Source: Hormiphora californensis (lineage: Eukaryota; Animalia; Ctenophora). From it: a stretch of 64,000 nt of DNA. Shown piece after piece: positions 12,135-26,700 of the stretch. The first letter of the stretch is position 1. Every line of letters begins with the position of its first letter. Made by a program: the position numbers and the translations under genes. The notes below the pieces were generated by a model. That model searched no databases. It was not told the origin of the DNA and saw only the letters and a program-made list of their open reading frames with translations. The stretch is taken from contig CM035353.1 of the NCBI GenBank assembly GCA_020137815.1, positions 2,604,001-2,668,000 of the forward strand, given 5' to 3'.

Positions 12135-15100
12135 ATGCTGGCCTTGAATGATGCCGATCTGATGAATATCGTGTGTTCAGATATCACCGGCGGCCCATCC
12201 TCAAGAACCCGTCACTATGGTAACCATCGAGCAGTGGGTCCCTCCTGTCCTAGAAGGGGCAGCAGAAGAAGGAGTAGCAGAAGGGATAGTGAAGAGAGTG
12301 GAAGTGCAGTGGGTCCCTCCTGTCCTAGAAGGGGCAGCAGGAGGAGGAGTAGCAGAAGGGACAGTGGAGAGAGTGGAAGTGCAGTGGGTCCCTCCTGTCC
12401 TAGAAGGGGCAGCAGAAGAAGGAGTAACAGAAGGGATAGTGAAGAGAGTGGAAGTGCAGTGGGTCCCTCCTGTCCTAGAAGGGGCAGCAGAAGAAGGAGT
12501 AGCAGAAGGGATAGTGAAGAGAGTGGAAGTGCAGTGGGTCCCTCCTGTCCTAGAAGGGGCAGCAGGAGGAGGAGTAGCAGAAGGGATAGTGAAGAGAGTG
12601 GAAGTGCAGTGGGTCCCTCCTGTCCTAGAAGGGGCAGCAGGAGGAGGAGTAGCAGAAGGGACAGTGGAGAGAGTGGAAGTGCAGTGGGTCCCTCCTGTCC
12701 TAGAAGGGGCAGCAGGAGGAGGAGTAGCAGAAGGGACAGTGGAGAGAGTGGGAGGAAAGGAAGTGGTACAGTACAGATACGACATTATATTGATGGGATT
12801 GAAAGCAGTTTCCTGAGTAATAACGGAACAACAACATCATCGAACCTAAAACCGTCGTCTGCTAAGATTATGAGGGCTGTATTTGGGCAGGTACCAACAG
12901 CAAATATTGCTCCGTCGACAGGTGAAAAACAACAGCAGAAGCTTCGACGAAGGAGCAGTCAGCAACTTCCCATAGTCACATTTAGTCCTTCTCCTGAGGG
13001 CAGGCGGGGGTCCCTTTTTGTCCGGAATCCGTCCCAGGATAGCCCATCTGATGGCAGACGAGGGTCCCTTTTTATCCGAAGTCCGTCCCCGGCCCGAGAA
13101 CTGTTTGCAACTAGCACGCCAGTAACAGGTCGGGCCTTAAGGTCACGGTCCATGTACGCCTGGAATGGTGGCGACGAGGGAAACAAGACCATGCTCTTGA
13201 GGTAATTTCCAGGAACCGACCGAAACAAGTAAACAACCAATCAGAACTCGGTATTTAGGTCACGTGACTGGTCATCAGCCAATCAGGGACCAGTATTTCC
13301 TGATTCGGTCGGTTCCTGAGGTAATTTGGTTGCCTTGCTTCACCCTCTAGTCTTCCTCACGTCACGCACAAAAATAAAAAGATTAATGTGAAGGATCTGA
13401 ATCTTCTGAGGCTACTGCCATATTATTTCACAGCTGTTTAACAATTTTGAATAATTATAATCTATATCACATTAGTTAATTAGTTATAGCCACTATTAGC
13501 CATGTGTATGCGGTTCTTCAGTGACATAAATTACATGTGTGCATGCTCATTGATTTACTTTGTGAGAATCACATGGAAGAATCCAGAACATATTGAATAA
13601 TACAAATAAACTCCAATAAATTCCAATGATCCCCCCCCCCCCTGTCCAGGTTGTTTCGCGAGAGTAGTCGGTCAGCCGGGGAGAGTGGCTACAAAAAGCG
13701 AGGATTGCGAAGCCGCTACCGGACCGATGATGGGACTGTTGATTCGGTAAGCATACCATTTATTTAGAATGGTTATATTGTGCAGATAAATATTAAGTTA
13801 TAATCATTCCATAGATATTAATTCCTTGGTGGAATCTATAATAAAGGGGGATTTGTGGATGAATTCTCGGATCCTAGATTAGTTATCCGCATTCCGCGTA
13901 TCCTCGTATCCTCGTATCTACACTCGTGTAGTACAACATCGTATCCCAGAATGTTATCCGCTCATGTCCATATAATTTCCTCAATCACGGCACTGAAATA
14001 TTAAAGCATTGACTCCGCAGCAACTTGTTGGCTGAGTTATATTACTGCAATTTCCTAGAGCGATCCCGCTACACTATATACAGATCTGCAGTAGTTGCCG
14101 CGCCACTGCATAATGAATTAATTTACTTGCTTTAAAGCAACTTCTTCTCCCCATAGCGAGGATACTGCCCTTCACAGATTAATAACTCATGCAGGGTATC
14201 TCCCTCTCTCACACTCGCACACTCTGATCCCTCTCGAGCACACTGAGCTCCTTCTTTCATTCTCTTATATATTGGTTGGTTGGTGAGAGCGGCTGGTACA
14301 GTTTGGTACAGTTCTCTTATATATGATACCTACTATACCCTGCAAGTTGCTCCTTTCCAAATTACACTGTGGTAGCCTATAAACTCATTTCAATGCCTAC
14401 TACAGTTGCGTGGGAATATATAGCTCGGCCCAATCAAATACTATATAAAATATTCTATATAAAATATTCTATAGAATACATTCTACAAAATATTCTATAT
14501 ATATGCCACTGCATTTATTGCTCTGTGAGATTTTGGAAGGACCTGAATGACCCTCCCTTCCTCCTCTTCACCGTCTTCTGAATGCTCCTCCTCGACCACT
14601 GGCGACCCTCTGGCTGATCTGGATGAAAATACCTCTCTTTTTCCCGCCACTATACGTGGATCAACGCTAAATTGGGAGCGCCTAAAAACCGCCCGGAGGA
14701 TACAAAACCTCATAACAAAATTCAAGGTTCAAAGTCCGTTTTTCTATTACCAATATAATATTACCAGTATATAGGGCATATGATAACAGAAATAGCAAAC
14801 TAAGAGCCTAACACTATAGCCAGTATAGCCAATATGTCAACTGTCAAGTTATAGAGTAGTTACTAATTTTTATAACATTCTGCCTATTATTGTTTAGGTC
14901 AGCCCGCTATTAAGATTCCGTAAGATAGCTCGGATGGTCCAGCTTGCATTGATATTCTACTCCGGCGAAGGAAGAACGTGAGTGACTGCGCTGGCAAGCG
15001 CAGAAGTGACCATTTAGTATATAAATACAGTCGGACCCCGATTTACCGGGCCCCGATTTACCTGTACCCCGATTTACCAGGAGGAAAAACTTCCCCCGAT

Positions 15101-18100
15101 TTAGGAAATTAAGAGTATATCACCCCGATATACCGGGCACCCCGATTTACCGGGCAAAACCTTTTCCCCCGAGCATCCCGGTAAATCGGGGTCCGACTGT
15201 TATACTGAGAGTATTATGTAATTTTTACGAAAGGTAGGTAATCCCCATGTTATTCCATTTCATTGCAATTCAGAAAACGGGGAAATGAGCAGGATGAAAA
15301 TGCAAAATTCTTTAACAAACCAGACCAAACCAAAATGACTTTTCTGCCAGAGTTCGATCCTTCGCTTTACAAGGCTCAGCGAATAAAGGTAGAAACTCAA
15401 TCACTGTATTTTGTAGTAAATGTATATTTATTGTACATAAATTCACCATATGTCTGTAATATTTTAACCTACTTCATGCGACACATGCACAGGGGGAAAG
15501 CAGTCGTGCCTGAACCTCAGGTTCAAGCCACGCGGCTATTTTCAACTGAGACCCATGAGATCTCACGACTGTTATCCCCCACAGGAGCTAGTAGTGGGAT
15601 CAGACATCAAGGAGATACTGAGCAAGAGACCGGACGATCGATCAGAAGAAGAGATACAACAGGTCCTATTTGCACTCCGGACATATCAAACATTTGCAGA
15701 GTACCCCCTGAACATGCAGGTTTGTAGGTCCTATTTGCACTCCGGACATATCAAACATTTGCAGAGTACCCCCTGAACATGCAGGTTTGTAGGTCCTATT
15801 TGCACTCCGGACATATCAAACATTTGCAGAGTACCCCCTGAACATGCAGGTTTGTAGTTACAGAGTACCCCCTGAACATGCAGGTTTGTAGTTGCAGAGT
15901 ACCCCCTGAACATGCAGGTTTGTAGTTGCAGAGTACCCCCTGAACATGCAGGTTTGTAGTTGCAGAGTACCCCCTGAACATGCAGGTTTGTAGTTGCAGA
16001 GTACCCCCTGAACATGCAGGTTTGTAGGTCCTATTTGCACTCCGGACATATCAAACATTTGCAGAGTACCCCCTGAACATGCAGGTTTGTAGTTGCAGAG
16101 TACCCCCTGAACATGCAGGTCCGTAGTTGCACTCCGAGTATACGATATTCTATAAGATATTCACACTGTCACTAGTGTCACTAAAAGTTTTTCGCTGTAT
16201 TAACCCTTAAATAAGAGATTCATATAGATATCAGAATCAATTCCTGGTGTGTCACTGGGATTTTCAGTTGGAGCAGGGGTCTCTGTACTTGCTGCAGTTT
16301 CCAAAAATATATCCCTGTAGAAGAAAAAAGTAGTCAAAGGGGGGAAACAGTTGTGCCTGAACCACGGCTATTTTCCACTAAGACCTGAGATCTCATGTTA
16401 CAGTGACGGCTATTCCCTTAGATTTAATTATATAGCCTACACTTACTCGTATTTGTTTAGAATGTTGTTGAGCATGTCTGAATACTCGTCAGGAATTTCA
16501 TTAATGGCTCCATGTCCAGGTAGAGCATTCAGGAAAGGGTTCCTAAAAATATAATTTTTTACATATATGAGATAGTGAAACAAGCGGTTTCACTTTGCTT
16601 TGTACTATTATACTACTCCAAGGTTTCGACCTTGTTGAGTACTCTGTCCTGTCGGGACATACCAAAAACAAGTCCATAATTTTTTACATATATGAGATAG
16701 TAACCCAGCAATTAAGGTAAATCAATCTAATAGACATACTGTATATCCTGAAACAAAAATTTCTAATGTACTTGTTTAATGAAGGATTCTTTTGTACGGC
16801 AGGGACGGGTGCAGCCACTTGCTGGTTGTTATTATTCGGTCTCTCTCGAACTTGAATCACCTCCCTATTATCGTTGTGATCATCAATCGAACCATCATCC
16901 TGGATTTGAAATAAATATTTGACTTTGCAGAGTTTTGACTACGCGAGTTACGAATAACGAGTATTAGGGTACCTCATATCCTTGCAGTTTAGTCCCATAC
17001 AAATCCTTATAGTTCTATGTGGGTGTTATTATACACGGCTAAAAGTTCAGCTCTTTTTTACCGTTATCTGTTGGCTTTGTTCCGTTGCTGCCTCTTGTAT
17101 AATTGACTGTTCCACGTCCATCAATTTAAACACATTAATATTGAAATTGATAGGTTCTGCTTCTATAAAATATTAAAGTATTATTTTCTATTGTTACATT
17201 ACGTACATAAATGAATGAAAAAACATTAGTATAAAACAGTCCTATATGAATTGAAATGTAGTACAGTCGGACCCCGATTTACCGGGCCCCAATTTACCGG
17301 AACCCCGATTTACCGGGCAAAACCCTTTCCCCGAGCATCCCGGTAAATCGGGGTCCGACTGTATTGTGAATTCAACCTTTTATACACACGTGGTGTAAGT
17401 TGTATATATCGAACCTTGGTCAAGATCCTCCTGCCGTTCTCTATCGTAGTTATTATTAGTATCAATAATTCCATCGAACACCTCTCTAAATTAAAATGCA
17501 AATATTAGACTTTAGATAGACAATTTCTACTCAAACGAAGCTTCAGAATTTGTATTTGGGTCAGATGTATGACCCATATATTGTCAACAAACGGGGATTT
17601 TGACAAAACTTGAATAGTATACCCTTCTCCTTGGTTGAATGCAAAGGGATATGGATTCGCCATTTGACCCATGGGAGGTTGAGTTGTAAACATCCTTATT
17701 CCATCCTTTCCGTTCTGTCTAGAAATTATATTATATATGTACAGGGTGTCCCACTGTCTTTGCATCACTGCGATTTTGGTCATGACCGGGCTCCATTAAA
17801 CTAACCAAAACTGATCGAAAAATTGGTCAAAATGGTTCTAACAAAAACCATTGTTCTAGAGAATTGTCTGGTGAACATTTTGGTTGCAAGATTGACTTCC
17901 AATTCTTACCAATCGTCAGATATATCGTCGTAAAGTCAAAATTACGTGTTCATGAAATCCGACCGGGGTTCACGTTTTGAAAATCACAAGTGCAAAGTTG
18001 CTCGGATCACTTGCATCCTCATAAGAGTTGTAGGAAATTGCTGGCGGTCATTTTGGTACCCGGTTTTTATCCTAGCTCAATGTTTAGAATGTCTTATGAC

Positions 18101-19970
18101 TGTCAGAACTGGAATTTTAAAAGTGGTCCCAGGCATCGCATTGCATTTTGCCTGTTATGAAGCTCATAGCTGCTTGAATAACATCTTAGTGCATGATGGG
18201 TTGAGATAGACCACTTGCGTATCCTACAACATTAACAGGGGCCTTGCCAAATCGCATAACAACCCTGTCAAGTGTCTAGATGAAATTGAGACGATATGTG
18301 TGCTGATTACATGGGATTACACACGACACCGAGCCACCTAATTAGGGGTTGTGAGCCGATACCAACTAAGACTCAGCATAGAAAAATCTTCATGTTCCTA
18401 CAGTCATAACGCAACTTAAACGTAGAGCTATGGAAAAAACCATGGTATCAAGATGAACCTTAGACGATTCCAATGAACTCTTGTAAATTTCAAATCATTT
18501 TACCCATTTGTTGATGACACGTGATCCCCTCAAAAATGCTGGTTGAATTTCGTCTTTAGACAGTCATAAGACACTCTAAACATTGAGTTAGGACAAAAAC
18601 CCGGGTACCAAAATGACCGCCAGACGATTTCCTACAACTCTTATGAGGGATGCAATGTGATCCGAGCAACTTTGCACTTGTGAATTTTCAAAACGTGAAC
18701 CCGTCTGATTAAACGGATTATGTTGGGTAGGTACTGAGAAAAATAAAATACTCTATCTCTACTCCTTAGTATCAATAACTGTATAGGGGCCATTTTGATT
18801 TATGCTGGATTAAGCAAGCTTTTGATTATTTTACCCGCCGCGTTGAGGAAAGAGGATAAAGCAAATGAATAATTAAAATAGTACTGATGATACGGGGTTT
18901 TGTTGGTTTTGATATATACCCGCCAGCACCGGACAGGGTAAGGCCATACAACCAAGCTTGGAAACTGGCACAAGCAACCCGGTACGGGTTAGTTAGAGCG
19001 GGGACCCACTTGAGGCTCTTCCCAGGCATCACTCCCGCATCTTCATTTATGACAATCTGCCTCTTTTTCCCCACTCGTCGGTGGACCACTTGGAGGACCT
19101 CTCCAGGCAATTACAATGGTTATTAATCGAAATATAGGTACTCAAAATGCTGGCGGATAGGCCAAAACGATTAAATAATAGACGTCATTATTGAACTCCA
19201 AAATAATGAAACTGAACAAAATTGTTGAGTTACTCAGCAAGAATAACAGGCTTTACATTTTAAGTTACACATACTGCAGCAAGCCAGCAGAGGACACACG
19301 TCGATACATCACACTCAACACTGTAAATTCTCAGCCTACTAAAGCCGTTATAAGGATGCTATGTCTGAAAAGTCTGCCAGTGCTAAAGGGAAAGGCAGAA
19401 CCCAAGAATCTTACGAGATCATATGGGCTCAAGAAGTGTGCAGCGAAAAGAGGAGTCTTGTTGGGTGGTGAAATTGTAGTGCCATAATACAGTAATATGA
19501 TATTTGCGGACTATTCAGGAGAGGTAGAAACGGCCAGGGAGGACCGCCAGAAATGCACAGAGAGCAGAAAAATACAAACAGTATTTAGCACAAGCTATAA
19601 TACTTCGCATATATAAAGAACGAATGAAGAGATATCGTTGAGTGACGACAGAGCTGCAGTTAGCTTAGTTCTTTCAGCGGATTCCGACCTCGCCGGCGCG
19701 AGTACCTATCATAAATTAATATCATACTGCTAGCTCATATAGATACTGCGTGTTCTATGTAACTTATGCAGTGCAACTACCCAAAACTAAGATATTATCT
19801 CGAGAGGAGAAGGTCGATAGGGCCTCGGCGGAGAGCGCTATAGCTCTTAGCGCTCTCTCGAGATAGCGCTATAGAGAGCTCTCTCTCAAATCTAGCTTAT
19901 AGAGAGATTCTCGCGATATCTCTCTCTCTCTCCTCTCACTCTTCTCCTCTCTCTCTCCTTATCATCTCTA

Positions 19971-20001
<31 letters not shown>

Positions 20002-20463
20002 GATCTCTCGATCTCTCTCTCTCGATCTCTATCTCTCTCTAAAGTTCTCTCTCGTCTCCAGAGTCTCTAAATGTAAAGGCTGGGTTTGGTACGGGGTGAT
20101 ACTGTAGTTATCCGGACCGAGCTGACTCTAATATATTTCTTGTCATCGGTATGTCATGCCGTATGATATCATATTATCATTTATATATTGTATATAAAAT
20201 ACTATATGTCAGCTAAGATAATAATGAAGTCGATGGCTATTTTATGGAGTCTGCTTTCGAATCGTGTAAAAATGTGCTTTATGATATAAAATATCATAAT
20301 TGCTAAGAGTATATGATTTTATCATATCATATGTTTATGATTACAAAGACGAATTATTGGCATGTACCTCGCTAAATTATTGAGAAAGCGAGAAAGAGAA
20401 CACCGGGGATTAGTACGGGGCCCCCGAAAGAAATGCCCGAATAGGTCGCCCGAGAGAGGTGGG

Positions 20464-20534
<71 letters not shown>

Positions 20535-23500
20535 GGGAGAGAGGTGGAGAGAGAGAGAGAGAGAGAGAAAGAAAGAGAGAGAAAGAAAGAAGGAGAGAGA
20601 GAGAAAGAAAGAGAGAGAAAGAGAGGGGGAACGAAAGATGGAAAGGGGAAAAGAGAAAGATAGGGAGAAAGATGGAAAGGGGAAAAGAGAAAGATATGGA
20701 GAAAGATGGAAAGGGGAAAAGAGAAAGATATGGAGAAAGATGGAAAGGGGGAAAGAGAAAGATATGGAGAAAGATGGAAAGGGGGAAAGAGAAAGATATG
20801 GAGAAAGATGGAAAGGGGAAGAGAAAGATAGGGAGAAAGATGGAAAGGGGAAAAGAGAATAGTTGAAAGAGAAACATAAAACCATTATTGTTTCAGTATT
20901 ATGCTTATAGTGACCATTAGCCTGTGCTAAGTGAGAAATAGCACACCTATCTTTTTTTTCGGATGGCCACTGACCATCTGACATAAAATGTCATGTAGGT
21001 GTATAGCAACATAGCATATATATATTTGTTTTGTTCAACAAGGCAAATATATATACAGTCGGACCCCGATTTAGTGGCATCCTCGGGGAAAAAATGCACA
21101 CAATTATCATTCAAATTTATCTAAAAGCGGATGTTATATAATATATAGCAAGAAAGGCCTTGTTGAGTAAGGGGGAAGAGTGTCTTCCCCCTTACTCAAC
21201 AAGAAAGGGCAAAGGCCTATATTTCATGGAGGATTCTATGGTTCTTTTGAGTGTCTGCACCATGCCACCTAGATAGTAAATAACAGTAGATCAAGTATGA
21301 CATGTGATGGGATGATAGTAGGGATCATTGAGAGGAATAATTACATGTCCATTAGTAACACACACACACACACACACACCCGTCCTTACTCTTTTTTTTC
21401 ATGCGTCTATGATCTCTTCACGTGCGTACCAGCAATTATATATCACACCAACAGCTGGACAACATGACAGCAGCTGAGAGATATTATACTGCATATAATT
21501 GACCTAGTGAATATTATTGCAGGCTACCTTTCAGTGGTGACCCCGGCTTGGGGCGGCCACCCCCCACCACCCACCCCCACCCACCCCATCCAACTCTTCA
21601 GCTAGGGGTGGTAAAAAATGGTTTAAAAATGTGTTCTAAATTGCTTAAAATTCATAAAAAACTAAAATTTGGTACTCAGATGCAAAAAAAGATGCATTTG
21701 AAAACAAATTTATGCTGAGCATTAATACTCTAACTAGAGCTAGGCAAGGTGTTATAAAAGTCTCGCCTAGTGTTCTAGGTACAAATTTGTCGCAGAAGCG
21801 TTTTTTTGTGATGCATCGCTTCTGCGACAAATAAATTTGTACCTATAAGAACAATTAATGCAGAAAACACGGATTTAATTGCTTAAAGAACTTATGTTCT
21901 AACCCTCCCTTTACATTTGTAAAGGTAGGGGGGGCCCGAAACAATAAAGAACTGCACTTGGCACAAATTTTTCCCCATATTAGGCCAATATAAAGTATAT
22001 ATCGCTATCTAAGTCTTTCCTTTTATTCTCGAATTTAGTCTAGTGTGATAGTGAGGAATATCACCACGTTGGTGACATTGACACCTAGTGCGTGCGAGAT
22101 CGAGCTCGCACATAGGTGTCCGCTCCGCCCCCTAAAAAAGGGTCGTGTCTTTCAAGCCAAATTGCACGTGATCCACTGGACCGATTTGCATCCGGTTTGT
22201 CGCAAAAGACTACAAATTGATCCTAATATACTGGAAAATACCCGAGAAGTTTGTCTGTCAACAGGAAGTGGGTCAAAATTGACACTGAAGTCAAATCTAT
22301 AATCTGGCTTCCGAGCCTTTTTGCACTACTCCCAGACGGTTTAGAATGAATCTGAGGGTATCAGAAGATAGGTTGAACTCTTGTGAGTACTGGAAAATAC
22401 CCGGCATTAATAGCTGATGCTAATTGCATCAACATATCTCCCAATATCTTCTAAATCGCATGGGCGTAGTGCAGAAACTCTCGGAAGCCAGATTATAGGT
22501 TTGACTTCAGTGTCAATTTTGACCCACTTACTGTTGACAAACAAACTTCTCGGGTATTTTCCAGTATATTAGGATCATTTGTAGTCTTTTGCGACAAACC
22601 GGATGCAAATCGGTCCAGTGGATCGCGTGCAACATCCCTTGAAAGAAACGACCCTTTTTGAGGCGGAGCAGACACCTGTGTGTGAGCTCAATCTTGGTCG
22701 CGCACGGTGTCTATGTCACCAAATCACCACGTACAACCGCAATTTTAGGACGGTATAGATCCCATTTTGAAGAAAGCAAAGTGGATCAGAGTGGATGAAA
22801 AGCTGATGAAAAATTGATTCACTAATAGGTGGTACTGATACTACAGTATTTAGTGCTGGCACAGCTTGTATGGGAAAATGGTTCTGAAAGTGAGGTATAT
22901 CACATTAATATAGTGCGTGGGATGGGGAAAGGTGTAGGGGGTAAATTTTACTATAAATTTTGGGACTAGATGAAGTATACTAACACGGGGGATTACAGAA
23001 AACAGATCCCCGATTGAAAAGAAGCCCATGACTTTACCCCTAGATCCTGGATTTGTGCAATATGAATGTGTGCTTTTCTGAGCAATTTGAGGGTAATTGT
23101 TATATTCACTTGGTATCCAAGACACCTCACACTCACACTCAGGCCGCTTCGTGGTCTTCGTTTGGCGCGCTTCGCGCGCCGGCAAGGGAGGGGTAACTTC
23201 GTTACCAATATATTCACTGAATTTTGTAAAGCGCAACTCCAGGATCAAGGGGTAAAATCCTGGGGTAAAATCCTGAGGTAAAATCCTGGGGTAAAATCCT
23301 GGAGATAAATCGGGGATCCACAATCTGCTGCCTAAAATAATACACATATGTACAGAAACTATGGTGGGTAAATATGAAAAATTCCGGTATTTCTATTACG
23401 AATGACCGCACGAAAGCATGTCCTTGCGAATCGATATAATACAATAATTGTTTATCGATTCGCGGGGACATGATTTCGTGCGTTCATTCGTAATAGAAAT

Positions 23501-23616
23501 ACACAAATAATTATTATATGTGCATCAACAGCTGTGCCACTGACCCCCATGTCTCGCCATATAATTTCTCTCTGATCCTCATCTCCCTTATAAGTAAGTG
23601 GTCTGTACTTATTTCA

Positions 23617-23690
<74 letters not shown>

Positions 23691-23693
23691 TCT

Positions 23694-23764
<71 letters not shown>

Positions 23765-26700
23765 AAAATCTGGTGCAGTAACTCTATGGGACAAATAAAT
23801 AACTTAACCAAAATTTCAGATCTCTAGCTCAAAATTCTTTTTTTATCGGAATGAACATTTGCATTGTCATTCATTCCAAGAAAAATAATTTTTCGGTCCG
23901 GCTTATTGATAAATGTCCTCTTTCCTCGAATCACCCTCTATTGCTACACATTAGCATTTAGCGGCCGTGATACGAGATTCCTCTGCCCCTTGTAAGGCCG
24001 GGTCCAGACGAGTGGTAGGTAGCTTATACTATAGTAGGCTACCATGGTAAGCTACCATAGTAGATGAGAACTGACCAGACGAGTGGTAGTAAAGCTACTA
24101 TGGTAGGTTAGCTACCACTCGTCTGGCCACCCTCTGACACATCTACCATGATACTTCTGTAATCATCGGGGGTATCAAATTTCTTATGCCCCACAGTAAG
24201 ATGTGACAACAAGTTACAATGGTAGGCGGTCAGAGGGTGAACAGACGAGTGACCGCCTACTATAGTAGCCTACTATGGTAAGCTACTGTAGTAGGCGGTA
24301 ATACCTCGACCTATAACCGCCTACCATAGTAGCTTATGGTAGATATAGGTGTACAGACGAGTGGTAGCTGTGGTAGATATCTACCATAGTAGCTTACTAT
24401 AGTAGCTACCTACTGCACTCGTCTGGACCCGGCCTTACTCGCATTAACTTCAAAGATTTCTTTCCAATGGGAACTTTCCATCAAAGAGAAAAATAAAATG
24501 TTATATCTTCAGTGAGACCTTCATTAAAACGCAGCTATACAGCTTGTCCAGCTGGATGACAAATAAAGAACTGATACTATTTCGAGCTTTTGAACGTGAT
24601 TGTGAGAGATGGCAACCATTTAAAAGCAAATAAGTTTGATGGTGCAGTAGGTATCACTGAATATTTGGAATAACGCCTGACCGCTATGATCCTTACTCCA
24701 CTTAGCGAGTATAATATTATACGGTGACCCACATCTCTGGCTACTAAAGTACTTAAGTGAACTCTCTCTCTCTCTCTTTTCCTCTCTTTTCATCTCTCTG
24801 ATATTTATTGGGTACCTGCAATTTATTGATTGTGTACTTAGGAAGAAGACATACTGAAGTTTTCACCATTTTTTGGCATTTTTGGCTAATCCCATTTGAG
24901 CCCCTTCAGGGTCACCACACACCAAAGTCAAAATTGAAATTAAAATTTTGATTTTAAACCCGCACACACCAGCGGCCGTTAAAATTTCTCTCTCCATTCT
25001 AAAAGTAACGATCTCACGCACGATTTTGACGGTCGCGTTGGATGACAAAATTTTGACACGCCGTCAAAATCGCGCGTGAGATTGTTACTTTTAGAATGGG
25101 AGAGAGAAATTTTAACGGCCGCTGGTGTGTGCGGGTTTAAAATCAAAATTTTAATTTTAATTTTAACTTTGGTGTGTGGTGACCCTCATTTTTCGTCATT
25201 TTTCGGCGCATGAGCCAATCAGAGGCCTGGATTTCGAAATATAAATGCCCCTGATCGACTCACGCACCGAAAATGACCAAAAATGAGGGGGCTTAAGGCC
25301 AAACTTCCAGATAAGGTTAAAAAATTCCGGTTGCGTTAGAATCGTCTTGAAAAGGTGATTCAGAAAAGCTCCGTTCAGTAGGCCACAGTCAGAGACCCAT
25401 CGCTGATTGTATTAGAAAAAAAACAGGTCGATTGAAGCTGGTTTCCAATACAATTTAATCAGCTAGGTTGATGCAGCCACCGGCGATAATAATGTAATAA
25501 TAATTTGACACATGTCCCCGCTCTGGCATATAAACGTGCACCTGGTGTGAGAAAACAAATCAAATTGGGACACACCGCAGTTTGCGCTACATTAGAGTTT
25601 GATCAAAACAACTGGTATCTTCCTAGGAGCTAAGAAGTCTTATAAAGATAGATATAAACATCGTAAACATAACGACGCTGAGTCTGATCTAGGTGGGGGT
25701 CTAAGATCTAAATAATATAAAACTCAATAACTCTGATTGCTTAGTTATTTATACTACTAGGAAACCCGTCAAGTAGAGCCCCCATTGACTATCGATGTTC
25801 GCAAGTGTACCCCTGCACAAATTTCATTTGAATTCAACCGAATTGGTACAAATTTGTTCTTAAATTGAGTAGTTAGATGGACAAGAACAATTATGTCATA
25901 TTTGAACAAGACGTGCAGTAGGTGGGCATTGTTCTATTATTACTCAACAAATTAATAAATTATTCACACTATTTGTGTGGGAGGGTGTTTTACGTTGTAG
26001 TCTAGTTGACATGGAAGTTTGAAACTCTCATCAACTACAATTTAAAACTATTTATTGAACAAATATATTGATAATGGCAGAAACGCCGAAACGTCTAAAT
26101 GATCGTCTTCTGAATAATGAGTTCAGAGCAAGAATTACAATAGGGAAGAAAATCGAAAAATACTGGGTTTGACCGGGAATTGAACGATCATTATTCAAAA
26201 TGCTAATTAATCTCTCCTTAACCGAGTTCTGCCCGTGTATATTTGAATCTTAAGTACTCCAGTTTAATTACAGACCCTTTTTCAGCCTCTGATAAGCCGA
26301 TTAACTGTCGGAGTGGAGACAGCATACACTGATGTAGCTATACAACCAACCTTCCTTCAAGTGTGTCTACTGGGTTCTGGAGAAAGCTTTGTAAGTTAAT
26401 TATACGACATGAGATGTTATCAAGAAAATGAAACGTCACTTGTAATCAAGTACTGCAATTAAGCAATTGTTTTGGATGGTTGCATACGTGAGATGGGGAA
26501 AACAGTCGTGCCTGAACCTCAGGTTCAGGCCACGGCTAATTCCCTCGATATTTAATAGGAGGCAATTTAAATTTTAGCACGCGAAAGCAGCAGAGAGAAT
26601 TTTTCTCAGAGAAGTTAACCTTCATTAAATTTTGCTTTTGGAAAAAATATAATAATTGCAATGATTCTGAATTTGGGATGTTATGGAAATTCACATGATT

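Noticed and set aside
26165-26190. tRNA B-box-like GTTCAATTCCCGG on the minus strand
   Set aside because: No A box or cloverleaf; insufficient to call a tRNA or SINE.
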